Assembly (NCBI GenBank): GCA_038886535.1
Contig: JAVZXS010000003.1
Span: 1 to 64,000, forward strand
Direction of reading: 5' to 3'
DNA length: 64,000 nt
Source of the DNA: Candidatus Micrarchaeia archaeon
Lineage (GTDB): Archaea; Micrarchaeota; Micrarchaeia; CABMEP01
Positions 10,164 through 20,120 of this stretch are shown in pieces. The notes beneath the pieces were generated by a model. It did no database searches, was not told where the DNA came from, and saw only the letters and a program-made list of their open reading frames with translations. Within the stretch, counting starts at the first letter, position 1. Each line of letters begins with the position of its first letter. Position numbers and translations under genes: made by a program.

Positions 10164-12632
10164 AAGAGTATAAACGCAAAGAAATTGGCGGCTGTAACTC
10201 TTGGAGCAGCTCTCTTAGGCGCTTCATTCGTAGCAGCAGCACCAATTATGTATAAGAATACCCAGATAATAAATGAACAGGGTAAACCAGTAGTTAAAGT
10301 AGTAGTAGGTGCAAATGCAAAGGCATCTGATGGTGTTGCAGCAGCAAACATCGCAGCTGTCATTGGTAGCTTAGCATACAAGACACAAACTGTTTCTGCA
10401 CAGTTAACAGGAACTCCAACATGTTCTGTAACTGGAACAGGTTCTGGAACATGTCCAGTATCTGACAAGAAGGTTACATTGGAGATCACAACACCTGGAA
10501 CTGCAACAGTATCAGGAGGTTTCGGATTCAAGACATACGGATATGGTTTCATAGACAATGTCGGAACAACGGAAGATGATCAAGTTGCAAATTCTTCAGT
10601 TCCAAAGAAGATAACTGGAGACAACATGGCAGCACTTGCTGACTACAAGACATCAATCTCATCTGTTTCTGGTTCATTCACAGAGACACAAGAGATGTAT
10701 GTTGAACAAACATCAAACCCAGCTTTGTGGGATACAGACAAAGGCAAGTATTCAATACAACCAGATGAAATAAAGTATTTCATCAAATTTGATCATGACA
10801 CATTCGGAGGAGTTCCAGTATGTGTTAAGGAGAGCGAACTTGTATCAGGAAACTGCTCTGTTGACAACAAGATTGACAGACAGAGATTAAAGATCAAGTA
10901 CCTTGGTGAGGAATGGATAATCTCTGACATGACAAATGGTACATCTGTAAAGATTGCAAAAGAAGCAACACCAGCACAGATTGTTTATGCAGGTCAGGAA
11001 ATAGCAGCAGGTGCATACAAAGTTAAACTTGCTGACTTAACCATTCCATATGGTTCAACTGACTCACAAGCAATCGTACAAATATACGATGCAAATGGAA
11101 ATCTTGTGAAGGAAGATACTGCAGCAGCAGGTGCAACAAAGGAAATAACATTGCCAAATGGCGATAAGATTTCCTTACACATCTATAAGACTGCACCAGG
11201 TCTTACAACTGCAAAATGGGCAGAGATGGCAGTTTACACACAAGAACTCGAATTAAAGAATGGTCAAACAGTTGATGACGACAAGAACAAGAACTGGACA
11301 GTTACACTTGGTTGGAGCACATATTCTGGCAGCGCCATTACAAACGGTGTCTTAAAGAACATAACCCTGAAGAGAACATCATTTGACGATGTCTTTGAGG
11401 GAGAATCTGTGAACATAATCGAGTCACCTGCACCATACCAGTTCAAATTCTCTGGTTGGACATTGACAGATGCAAACAGAGATACCCTTAAAGTAGAATG
11501 GAAGAGAATATCCAGCTACTACTATCCATCAACAAACACAACAGCTGCCTCAATAGATGACTCTGATTCAAGAGACTTCATCTGTTTCACATCAGACAAG
11601 AAGGCATTTGGATCGAGCTTCACCTATACAAACATCTCCAACAGCTCACAGACACTTACTGGATCTTTGGAAGATGACAGAAGCCAAATTTGTTATGGAA
11701 TAAAAACTGGATATGTGATGTACGACAAGCCAGACAAGGGTTATGTGCTTGCGGCACAGATCAACTCTTCAAACAGCAGTGCATATGTTCAATTTGACTA
11801 CAAGATCAATGACGACTCTTCTTACGACCACAAATTGAACATTTCTGTTGTAGATGCAACAAAGGCAAACGTATCTATATACGAATACCTTTTGAAGAAT
11901 AAATCACAAAGTGGTTACTTCAAGTTTGTTGCAGATCAGCCAAACAGAAGGTTCGTAAACAATCCAACTGACAATTCTGAATCAAAGGTTAATGTTGGAT
12001 ATCTTGGCACATCTGGTACAATAACAACAGCAGAGAGAGAAGCTGGCTTTGTATCACAGAAGGGATCTGTGATTGCATCCAGATCAGCATCCTCAATAAC
12101 CTTCAAGATGGCAAAGAAACTTGGTGAATTCCAATACTTCTTAATGCCATCAACAAGCTCTGTTGAGGCAGGCACTCGAACAGAAAAATTGTCTGAAGGC
12201 CAGCAGGTCACTGTCCAGGAATCAACAGTGAAGGTTAAGGAGATCTCTGCAACAGTTGGAGCATGCACTGTAGCTGGTGGTTCTGCAGCATGCACAGCAT
12301 CAAGCGCAGGAATGTCTGCAGTTCTTGATGTAGCAGGAACACCTACATCTGCAACATTTGCAGTACCATACAAGATGAGCCCAACTGAGAGACTTGTTGT
12401 CCTTGACTCTGAGGCACCAACAGCTGAATCATTAATCCTTGTCGGTGGTCAGCTCGTCAACTCCTTGACAGCATCCGCAATAGCAGGCACTGATGTCAAG
12501 ATTGACAAGCCTGGAGTAAAGGTAGTCTCTGCAGTATCTGACAACAGAATAGTTGTTGCAGGTTACACAGCAGAAGACACACAACAGGCAGCAGCAGAGT
12601 TCATCTCACAATTATTGGCACAAGTCCAATAA
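10161..12632 (+). CDS. S-layer protein (S_layer_N/S_layer_C type)
   Basis: KKLAAVTLGAALLG signal; VVVGANA..DGVAAANIAA; C-terminal LILVGG..VN and IVVAGYTAEDT. Confidence 0.88.
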   Translation: MKSINAKKLAAVTLGAALLGASFVAAAPIMYKNTQIINEQGKPVVKVVVGANAKASDGVAAANIAAVIGSLAYKTQTVSAQLTGTPTCSVTGTGSGTCPVSDKKVTLEITTPGTATVSGGFGFKTYGYGFIDNVGTTEDDQVANSSVPKKITGDNMAALADYKTSISSVSGSFTETQEMYVEQTSNPALWDTDKGKYSIQPDEIKYFIKFDHDTFGGVPVCVKESELVSGNCSVDNKIDRQRLKIKYLGEEWIISDMTNGTSVKIAKEATPAQIVYAGQEIAAGAYKVKLADLTIPYGSTDSQAIVQIYDANGNLVKEDTAAAGATKEITLPNGDKISLHIYKTAPGLTTAKWAEMAVYTQELELKNGQTVDDDKNKNWTVTLGWSTYSGSAITNGVLKNITLKRTSFDDVFEGESVNIIESPAPYQFKFSGWTLTDANRDTLKVEWKRISSYYYPSTNTTAASIDDSDSRDFICFTSDKKAFGSSFTYTNISNSSQTLTGSLEDDRSQICYGIKTGYVMYDKPDKGYVLAAQINSSNSSAYVQFDYKINDDSSYDHKLNISVVDATKANVSIYEYLLKNKSQSGYFKFVADQPNRRFVNNPTDNSESKVNVGYLGTSGTITTAEREAGFVSQKGSVIASRSASSITFKMAKKLGEFQYFLMPSTSSVEAGTRTEKLSEGQQVTVQESTVKVKEISATVGACTVAGGSAACTASSAGMSAVLDVAGTPTSATFAVPYKMSPTERLVVLDSEAPTAESLILVGGQLVNSLTASAIAGTDVKIDKPGVKVVSAVSDNRIVVAGYTAEDTQQAAAEFISQLLAQVQ

Positions 12633-12650
12633 ATTCAGTGAGATAAGCTG

Positions 12651-12690
12651 TTGGATCGGCGGTTTATCCGCCAATTTTTTCTTTTTTATT
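12651..12690 (+). terminator. Hairpin plus U-tract terminator after the S-layer gene
   Basis: GGCGG-TTTAT-CCGCC then AATTTTTTCTTTTTT. Confidence 0.65.
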
Positions 12691-12856
12691 TTCTCTTCTT
12701 TTTTATATATTAAAAAATCATGTTAGTTCGTTTTTTATTTCAAAATTATATTAAATTTCATTCGAAAAATAGAGATTTTGAAATAGTTATATTTAAATAT
12801 ATTTTCATACAAATTCTTTTATTATTTATTGTAGCATTTAATAGGTAGGTGTACAA

Positions 12857-14914
12857 ATGGAATCGACAAAAAACAAGTTTGTATTATTTTTTATTTTATT
12901 AATCGCAGGAGTTTATTTCTCAATAAATGTAGAAGATTATTTATCCGTTTCTGAATCACCACTTTCAGTGGTGCAACAGAATTTTACATCTGGTTCTAAC
13001 AAATATACTATAGTAACTATAGCTTCTAAAGATTCTATGGTGTTGAAAAACGGACAAATCGTTAAAACTTTAGATGAGATAAAGGAAGTACTTAAATTAA
13101 GGTGCTTTGATACATCTTATCCTTCTAAGTCCAATCTTGAGTCAATAAAAGAAAAAGTCCTTGCATTTAATGCAAGCAGAAATGTTAAGACCTCCCTTGG
13201 AAACCTTGAAGAATTCTGCGATTCTATTACTGGACAAGGAGAAGGAGATGAAGGAGGATGTGTAGACTTAGTTTCTTGCCAAATAGCATGCAACAAGGGT
13301 TCTTATGCTTGTTTCCAGTATGGAGCAGGCAGTGCTCAATTTTTACCAGCATTATTAGAATATGCAAATATAAAGCGTGGAATTGATTCAAATTTGTCTT
13401 TGATATTGAACAACATTAATCAGTTAAATAGCATCTCAACTCCCACTCAGATTAATTTCCAACTTTCTTCAAAATTAAAAGAGATTTCAGATTCGATTCT
13501 TCTTTTACAGGATCTTGCTAGTAGTTATGTGAACAATAAATTATTTACAAGACCTACTTTCAATTTCTGTATTCCTGTTGGATATACAATGTCATTAAAC
13601 ACTTCAGCTCTATCTTCAGCAGCATCTATTGCGTCTCAACTAAGATCAAATGCAGCATGCTTTGACAACATTGATTCAAATGCTCAATCCATATACAATG
13701 AAACGTTCCGCAGAATAGAACTATACACTAGTACAAAGGCAAAGGCAAATCTTCAGAAGGAATTTGATTCTATTTCAACAAGATATAATTATCTTTTGGA
13801 CAAAGCTACGAATATATTGGAGGTAGTTGAAGACTCAAACTTAAATGATTATATTTCAAATATTGATTCCTTAAATCAGCAATTCTATTCAAATCTAAAT
13901 AGAAATGAAATAGACCAGGCAGGATATGTAGTCAGTGTAATAAAAACTAAATTGGATGAAATGGACAACTATATGTCAACAACTTATTCAGTTTTTGATC
14001 AGCTTTCAGTAAATAAGGAAAGCGCAGCCAAGCTCCTAGAAAAAGCATCAGTTATAATAACCCCTTCCGATAATGTATTCTATTCAGAACTTACCACTCT
14101 CAACAATGAATACTTAAGCCTTAATAAAAAACTAAGTGGGAAGGTAGTATATGAAGAAATTGGTAATTATGCAAACCGATATGGAAAGTTAGCAGAAAAT
14201 CTTGATTCTCTAATTCAAAGAAAGAAAGAGGCAGCAACAGAGACAGTTCCTTCTGCCCTTGCTTCTCCGCTCAATAGCTTGGCAGTGGGAGTTCTTGATG
14301 CTGCATCAGCACCATTAGGTATAAAGGAAGAAGAAAAAAGAATATGGGCACAAAATATACCTTTGATAGTAATTGTAGGAATTGATATTATTGTATTAGC
14401 TATATTCGGATTAGCATTTTTCTTCCTTGTTTTAAGGAATACATCTGCATTTGGAAAGGCAAAGATAATGAACACGTGGATATTGATATTTGCAGCAGTA
14501 ATCATCTTGCTTGCATTATTGTCTTATGCACTATATACTGGAATAAGCAATGAGATTTCATCGACATCAATTTATAATTTCATCTCTGCAGCTGAAAAAT
14601 CAAACAAGGTTTACATATTTGCTGAATATCTCTCTTCTCAAGATTCCACGAAGATAAAGAGCTGTGCAGACAAGATTGCAGCACAGTTTTACGGAAAGGG
14701 AATTGAAGTGGAGCAAATAGATGTAGTAGATGGAATATGCAAGGACAGACTTCTTTCAGAGTGTATGGCAGAAACAGATAAAATACCATTGATTCAGCTT
14801 TCATATTCAAATGAAACACAGACTAAATTCTATACATTTTACAGAGCCGAAGGTCTTATTCAAGGAGATGAAGCATATTTCGATAGATGCAGTATATCAG
14901 AATTTATAGAATAA
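12857..14914 (+). CDS. Hypothetical membrane protein (Cys-rich and coiled-coil ectodomain, 2 TM, C-terminal 4-Cys domain)
   Basis: 685-aa ORF with SD GGTAGGTG, N-terminal hydrophobic segment, two TM helices near aa 500-565. Confidence 0.75.
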   Translation: MESTKNKFVLFFILLIAGVYFSINVEDYLSVSESPLSVVQQNFTSGSNKYTIVTIASKDSMVLKNGQIVKTLDEIKEVLKLRCFDTSYPSKSNLESIKEKVLAFNASRNVKTSLGNLEEFCDSITGQGEGDEGGCVDLVSCQIACNKGSYACFQYGAGSAQFLPALLEYANIKRGIDSNLSLILNNINQLNSISTPTQINFQLSSKLKEISDSILLLQDLASSYVNNKLFTRPTFNFCIPVGYTMSLNTSALSSAASIASQLRSNAACFDNIDSNAQSIYNETFRRIELYTSTKAKANLQKEFDSISTRYNYLLDKATNILEVVEDSNLNDYISNIDSLNQQFYSNLNRNEIDQAGYVVSVIKTKLDEMDNYMSTTYSVFDQLSVNKESAAKLLEKASVIITPSDNVFYSELTTLNNEYLSLNKKLSGKVVYEEIGNYANRYGKLAENLDSLIQRKKEAATETVPSALASPLNSLAVGVLDAASAPLGIKEEEKRIWAQNIPLIVIVGIDIIVLAIFGLAFFFLVLRNTSAFGKAKIMNTWILIFAAVIILLALLSYALYTGISNEISSTSIYNFISAAEKSNKVYIFAEYLSSQDSTKIKSCADKIAAQFYGKGIEVEQIDVVDGICKDRLLSECMAETDKIPLIQLSYSNETQTKFYTFYRAEGLIQGDEAYFDRCSISEFIE

Positions 14915-14943
14915 TTCTATGGGTATACTTTTACGGTGGTTCA

Positions 14944-15585
14944 ATGGCAATTAAAAAGTTAGGGAAGGAATCTGAAAAGCATAGAATTGCATCAGATGAA
15001 AGAAAATCTGGAACAGCTTCCGAAAGAAGAAGAAACGATCTTCTTTTCCTTGGGTTTGCATTGCTTGTCATATTCATCGTTCTTTTCTGGGTTCTTCAGA
15101 CACCACCTCAGCAAGTAAACACGCAAACAAACAGCACAATGAGAGGAAATATAGAGCAATTCAAGGAATCTTTGCTTAATGCAGAAGGAATCATAATAAT
15201 AGATAAGGTTACGGGCCTTTCAAGCGAAAAAGCAAGATACGTTTATGCATGCGGAGCAGGTCTTGCAGGAAGCTGGGGCAAGATCGGGAAGGACATATCC
15301 AATCTATACACATTTGTAATAGACGGAGAGGAATGCACATACAGCAGTCCTAGAATAATAAACAACGAACTCTCTCATGAGTCTACAGCCACAAACACTA
15401 ACGAATGCATTAAGAAGATAAAAGAGATGCAGAAGAATCCACTTTATGTGACATTTGAAATCAATTATGGTCCACTATATTCAATTTATGAGACACATGC
15501 AGCCTATCTGTTCGTGAACGAAGACTTTGTTGAAGAATGCTCTTTCAGGACTTCAGAAACAGTGCCTACAATCACTGGACAGTAA
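14944..15585 (+). CDS. Hypothetical single-pass membrane protein with 4-Cys domain
   Basis: Basic N-terminus, TM helix; GGTGG SD before ATG 14944. Confidence 0.75.
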   Translation: MAIKKLGKESEKHRIASDERKSGTASERRRNDLLFLGFALLVIFIVLFWVLQTPPQQVNTQTNSTMRGNIEQFKESLLNAEGIIIIDKVTGLSSEKARYVYACGAGLAGSWGKIGKDISNLYTFVIDGEECTYSSPRIINNELSHESTATNTNECIKKIKEMQKNPLYVTFEINYGPLYSIYETHAAYLFVNEDFVEECSFRTSETVPTITGQ

Positions 15586-15633
15586 ACAATCAATTTATGC
15601 ATAAAAAGAGTTTTTCTATTTTTTATTTTTATT

Positions 15634-18384
15634 TCATTTGTATCTAAGCAATCCGCCTATTCCTTTGAATCCTGCTAAAAACTGCTTTCCTTCCGGACTG
15701 TCTTCAGGAATCAATTCCACTTCTATTCCATGCTTCTCCGCTTTCTCATAAGCTTCATCAAACAACTCTTCCTTGCTTATTATGTTCTTAATCTTGCTTC
15801 CATTGCTGCACCTGAGTTCTCTTTCTTCTTTTTCTTCTATTTCGCCGTCTATAAATATTTCTTCTTGTCCTGAATCGCATTCTACGATAAGATGGGTAAT
15901 ATCTAATCCTTCAGAAAGCAACAAAGTTCCTAATTTACCAGAGTTCATTGCTTCTATTGTTTCTTTAGGCCCATAAACTGCAAGACCGCCCTTTGCAACT
16001 TCTCCGAAAAATCTTTCAAGAAGCTGCCTTTGCTTCTTTGCCTTCTCCTCAGAAATCAAATCAACTGCTTTTCGTGCAAGCTCTTGAATCCCATAATCGT
16101 CAACATAACCAGTATCAAGGACAGCTAAGATCTGAAATTGATAATTGAAAGGTTTCATTTTCAAAAAGTTTTCTTTCACAGGCCCAGGTCCGCCCACTAT
16201 AACTTTCTTAATTCCAGATGGTATAAGCGTTTCATTCATTGCATCTCCAACTCTCCTATAATAATCTTCTACAAGCTCTTCCACAAAACGTTGATACCTG
16301 GCCGCACTGTTGTGAACTATTATTCCATTGACTACAAAATTTTCAGTCTCGGGTACTGAAAGATCATAAAAATATTCATTTGGGTTTTGTATTTTTTCTA
16401 TCCTAATAATTTTTGGATACACAGCTTCATATTCTAGAGTTCTTTTTAAATATTCTAATATTGCAATGCCATGTTGATATACTTTTTCATCTTGATTTTG
16501 TTTATATTTCATTTCTTTTTTTATCGCATTTTCAAAATAAGGTAAAACTTTTTCCATAAATACTTTTCGAGACATTCGTTTTTTATCTGCAAAAAACATG
16601 TTAATATTTGGGAAGTCTCTTGTGTTTAGACCTAATTCTCTGGCCAAAGCAATTACTTCTTTTCCGCTTACAGATATCTGTCGTATATTATCAGCTCTTT
16701 TTTTCGTTATTCTATTACATTTCTCATCTTTAGAGATAGAGGAGAATCCGATTCTATTTTTAAATATATTTATTGAATCTAAGTCATTTATTTCTAGGAA
16801 CCAAACTCCAATCTGATCTGTTTTTTTCCAATACACCGAACTTATTATTCCAAATCTAAGGAGCGCATATCTTAACTTTTCAATTATATTTCTACTTCGC
16901 ATTCCTATTCCTATCCTGTTTGTGACAAATCCTTCAGCGTCAAAAAGTCCGCTAATAAATGCAGCTAATAGATTATCAGGCAATTTTATGATGTCATTAG
17001 GTATATCCCGTAAATTACTTTTTGCTATTAATTCAGGATATTTATTCTCAATTTCGTCACTTAGCCATTTGCTGTATATTCTTAACTCGTATAAATTTTT
17101 CTTTTTGCATTTTCTAATCTTAGTTTTCAATCCAAACTCAATTTCACATATTTTAGAATAAATTTCCAGATTTTCTTTATCTCGATCATATAAAATTATT
17201 CGGTTATTATCTTTTGTTCCATCTCCAGCTATGTATCCAAAAAGTCGACAAATTCCTTCTGTATAATAAGATGGAATAGCAATTATCTTATCTTTTGGAA
17301 TTAATTTTGTATCGAGCTTATAATATTCAAGAATCTTAGGTAAGATCTTGCTATCTTCCATCTTTCGTTTTCCAAGTTCTAAGCTTGATATTGTTGTTTG
17401 ACTAATTCCTAAATCATCTGCCACTCTTTTCTGAGTTAGATTAAGTTCTTTTCTTCTTTGTCTTAGAATTTCTCTTAATTTGCTATCTAATTTGTAAACT
17501 TCTTTTATTTCAAGCGGTAACTCTGTTTCTTTTCCTTTTATTTCAAAATTAGATATGTGAATAAGTCTATCTCCGACTTTTAATTCATCTACATATTTTT
17601 CCCTGATAGAATTCTCAGTTTCTTTCACAAAGAACAAGTGTTCAGGAGTTGCTATTATTTCTGTTCTAGGATGTTTCGTAATTATTTTATATGCAATATT
17701 AGTTTTTCTTTTCATAACTCTATTGCAAGTTGAGAATTTATATCTTTGTTGAGTAAAATCATAACTAAGCACTCTGTCGCCTTCTCTTACTTGTGATATT
17801 GGTATGATCATTCCATTTTCTAACTGAACCATTCCATCTTCTCTTATGCATGATCCACCTTTTGTTGACTTACTAGGTCCGGTTGTAGTAAGTCGTTTTA
17901 ATATCTTTGTAACATTTCCTTCAAGCACTCCAATTGTTGCTTCCTTTCCATCTATTGTAATCAATCCATACTTTTCCTTAACTTTACCCTGTTCTGCAAG
18001 TGGCTCTAAAATAAATTCAGAATCGCATCTGTAAATACTCACCTGAATAGGAAGCGGCGGCTCAATAGAAAAGAGCTGTATGTCTGTTTTTCCTGGATCC
18101 TTTGATATATTCCCACAGAATATTGCCAATCCTTTGTCTGGGGTTTTCCTAAAGAACTTAAGATAATTGATTATCTTGTCGATTGCATCTTGGACGTTTG
18201 TTCTTGTTGTTTTTGATTTAATGTTTCCTGCCTGCCCATGCTCAGATCGTAATTTATTAACTACCTCAGTTAATGGATATCCAGCAGGAACATATAGACT
18301 TATTAGCTCTGTTCCACTGCCTCTTATCTTTCCAAGCTTGTTTAGCAGTTTCATTAATTCTCTTTTTTTCTTATCCGCAGCCAT
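15634..18384 (-). CDS. prf1: Peptide chain release factor aRF1, intein-containing
   Basis: GTELISLYVP, NIKS, YRCDSEF, C-terminal GFKGIGGLLRY; 402 aa after intein removal. Confidence 0.95.
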   Translation of the reverse strand: MAADKKKRELMKLLNKLGKIRGSGTELISLYVPAGYPLTEVVNKLRSEHGQAGNIKSKTTRTNVQDAIDKIINYLKFFRKTPDKGLAIFCGNISKDPGKTDIQLFSIEPPLPIQVSIYRCDSEFILEPLAEQGKVKEKYGLITIDGKEATIGVLEGNVTKILKRLTTTGPSKSTKGGSCIREDGMVQLENGMIIPISQVREGDRVLSYDFTQQRYKFSTCNRVMKRKTNIAYKIITKHPRTEIIATPEHLFFVKETENSIREKYVDELKVGDRLIHISNFEIKGKETELPLEIKEVYKLDSKLREILRQRRKELNLTQKRVADDLGISQTTISSLELGKRKMEDSKILPKILEYYKLDTKLIPKDKIIAIPSYYTEGICRLFGYIAGDGTKDNNRIILYDRDKENLEIYSKICEIEFGLKTKIRKCKKKNLYELRIYSKWLSDEIENKYPELIAKSNLRDIPNDIIKLPDNLLAAFISGLFDAEGFVTNRIGIGMRSRNIIEKLRYALLRFGIISSVYWKKTDQIGVWFLEINDLDSINIFKNRIGFSSISKDEKCNRITKKRADNIRQISVSGKEVIALARELGLNTRDFPNINMFFADKKRMSRKVFMEKVLPYFENAIKKEMKYKQNQDEKVYQHGIAILEYLKRTLEYEAVYPKIIRIEKIQNPNEYFYDLSVPETENFVVNGIIVHNSAARYQRFVEELVEDYYRRVGDAMNETLIPSGIKKVIVGGPGPVKENFLKMKPFNYQFQILAVLDTGYVDDYGIQELARKAVDLISEEKAKKQRQLLERFFGEVAKGGLAVYGPKETIEAMNSGKLGTLLLSEGLDITHLIVECDSGQEEIFIDGEIEEKEERELRCSNGSKIKNIISKEELFDEAYEKAEKHGIEVELIPEDSPEGKQFLAGFKGIGGLLRYK
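16309..17850 (-). mobile_element. Intein (514 aa) with LAGLIDADG endonuclease and XRE-type HTH
   Basis: Starts CIREDGMVQLENG; block B ATPEHLFF; LFGYIAGDG and FISGLFDAEG; ends YDLSVPETENFVVNGIIVHN, +1 Ser. Confidence 0.95.
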
Positions 18385-18477
18385 TTTATCACATATTCAT
18401 TTATTTTCTTAGTTTCATTTATTTTTAGTTTCAAAATTTAAATTATAATATACTTAATATCTTTTAATCTATAAAGA

Positions 18478-18510
18478 AATAAAAAGCTACACCTATTTTT
18501 TAGGTGTAGT
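18478..18510 (-). terminator. Hairpin plus U-tract terminator after serS
   Basis: Perfect 9-bp IR CTACACCTA/TAGGTGTAG followed on the minus strand by CTTTTTATTT. Confidence 0.65.
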
Positions 18511-18518
18511 CAGTTTTA

Positions 18519-19823
18519 CTAAATTTTCTTTACAGGCTCGATTCTTTCCTTTCCAAAATAAGGAACAACTGCCTTTGGAATGATTATAGAACCATCTCTA
18601 TCCTGGTGGTTTTCCATTATTGCAACTATCGCCCTTGGTGTTGCAATTGCAGTACTATTTAGAGTGTGAACATATTCTTTTCCTTCAGCTCCAACCTTTC
18701 CATATCTAATATTCAATCTTATGGCTTGGTAAGATGTGCAGTTGCTGCATGAGATCATTTCTCTGTAGGTATTCTGTGCAGGCATCCATGCCTCAAGATC
18801 ATATTTCTTTGCAGCTACAATTCCAATCTCACCAGTACATATGTTGACTATTCTGTAAGGAACCTCAATCTTTTGGAATATCTCTTCAGCATTTCTTATT
18901 AACTCTTCATGAATATTCCAAGAATCCTCAGGTTTGCAAAAGACAAACTGTTCTATCTTGTTGAATTGATGCACTCTAAATATTCCTTTCGTGTCTTTTC
19001 CATGCGCCCCAGCTTCTTTTCTAAAACATGCACTAATTCCAACATACTTAAGCGGCAACCTTTCTTCTTCAATTATTTCATTCATATGCATTGCCGCTAT
19101 TGGATGTTCAGAAGTAGAAATTAGATAGAGGTCTTCTCCTTCTATCTTGTAAAGAGCTTCCTCGAAAGTGCCAAGGTCAGTTACGCCTTCATAAGGCTTT
19201 CTCTTAAGCATGAAAGGCGGATAAATAGGAGTGAAGCCTTTCTTGACCATAAGGTCCATTACCATTCTTTGTAATGCCATATCTAAGAGCACAAGGTCAT
19301 TCTTTAGATAATAAAATCTGGCTCCCGAAACCTCTGCAGCTTTTTCTATATTTGCTCCGTCTATAACTGGCAATAGATCAACATGGCTTTTTAATTCAAA
19401 CCCATAGTCTTCTTTTGTTTTTGGCTTGCCCCATGTTCTTACAACCTGATTATCATTTTCATCTTTTCCAAAAGGAACAGACTCATGCAATATATTTGGA
19501 AGGCGCATCAAATAAAATCGTACCTTTTCTTGCAGCTCTTCCATTTTTGCTTCTGCTTGCTTTATTTTTTCAGGAATTTCAGATGCTTTTTTCTTATATT
19601 CTTCAGCTTTTGCTTTATCTCCTTTTTTCATTGCGTCTGCGATCTGTCTTGTTACTTGGTTTCTTTCAGATCTAAGTTTTTCAACCTCTGCAAGTAATTC
19701 CCTATATTGTTTATCTTTTTCTATCAGATCTTCAAGCCACTGGATCTTTTCTAGATCTTGTCTTTTTTCAAGATCTGCTCTTACAATTTCAGGATTCTTT
19801 CTTATAAGTTTGATATCTAGCAT
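18519..19823 (-). CDS. serS: Seryl-tRNA synthetase
   Basis: MLDIKLIR, TSEHP, FRKEAG..GIFRVHQF, SCSNCT, HTLNST. Confidence 0.97.
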   Translation of the reverse strand: MLDIKLIRKNPEIVRADLEKRQDLEKIQWLEDLIEKDKQYRELLAEVEKLRSERNQVTRQIADAMKKGDKAKAEEYKKKASEIPEKIKQAEAKMEELQEKVRFYLMRLPNILHESVPFGKDENDNQVVRTWGKPKTKEDYGFELKSHVDLLPVIDGANIEKAAEVSGARFYYLKNDLVLLDMALQRMVMDLMVKKGFTPIYPPFMLKRKPYEGVTDLGTFEEALYKIEGEDLYLISTSEHPIAAMHMNEIIEEERLPLKYVGISACFRKEAGAHGKDTKGIFRVHQFNKIEQFVFCKPEDSWNIHEELIRNAEEIFQKIEVPYRIVNICTGEIGIVAAKKYDLEAWMPAQNTYREMISCSNCTSYQAIRLNIRYGKVGAEGKEYVHTLNSTAIATPRAIVAIMENHQDRDGSIIIPKAVVPYFGKERIEPVKKI

Positions 19824-20120
19824 ACATGACACCTTTATTCTTATTATTGTTAAAACACTCTCTAAATGTTATTAGAATCTAAGTTTTTTTAACCTTTGTG
19901 AGCTAAGACCCAATTACATGCTTGCGGTTTTTCTGTATTTTAATAAAGATAATTAATTAGTATTAATTTATTTTTAAATTGCTATATTCACTTCAATCAT
20001 GGAAAAGATGTACTCATTTACTTTATTATCTATTTTTGCATCATTATTTCTAATGTAATGTCATCCATATAAAAATAAAATGGATTAAGTTAGCTTATTT
20101 TATAGTTTTTATCTCATTGT

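Noticed and set aside
10094..12373. Antisense ORFs of 154 and 145 aa over the S-layer gene, and similar shadows over ths, secF and nrdJ
   Set aside because: Explained by codon bias of the sense genes
15634..18384. Stop-codon reassignment linked to the unusual aRF1
   Set aside because: TAA, TAG and TGA all end conserved genes at expected positions in this window
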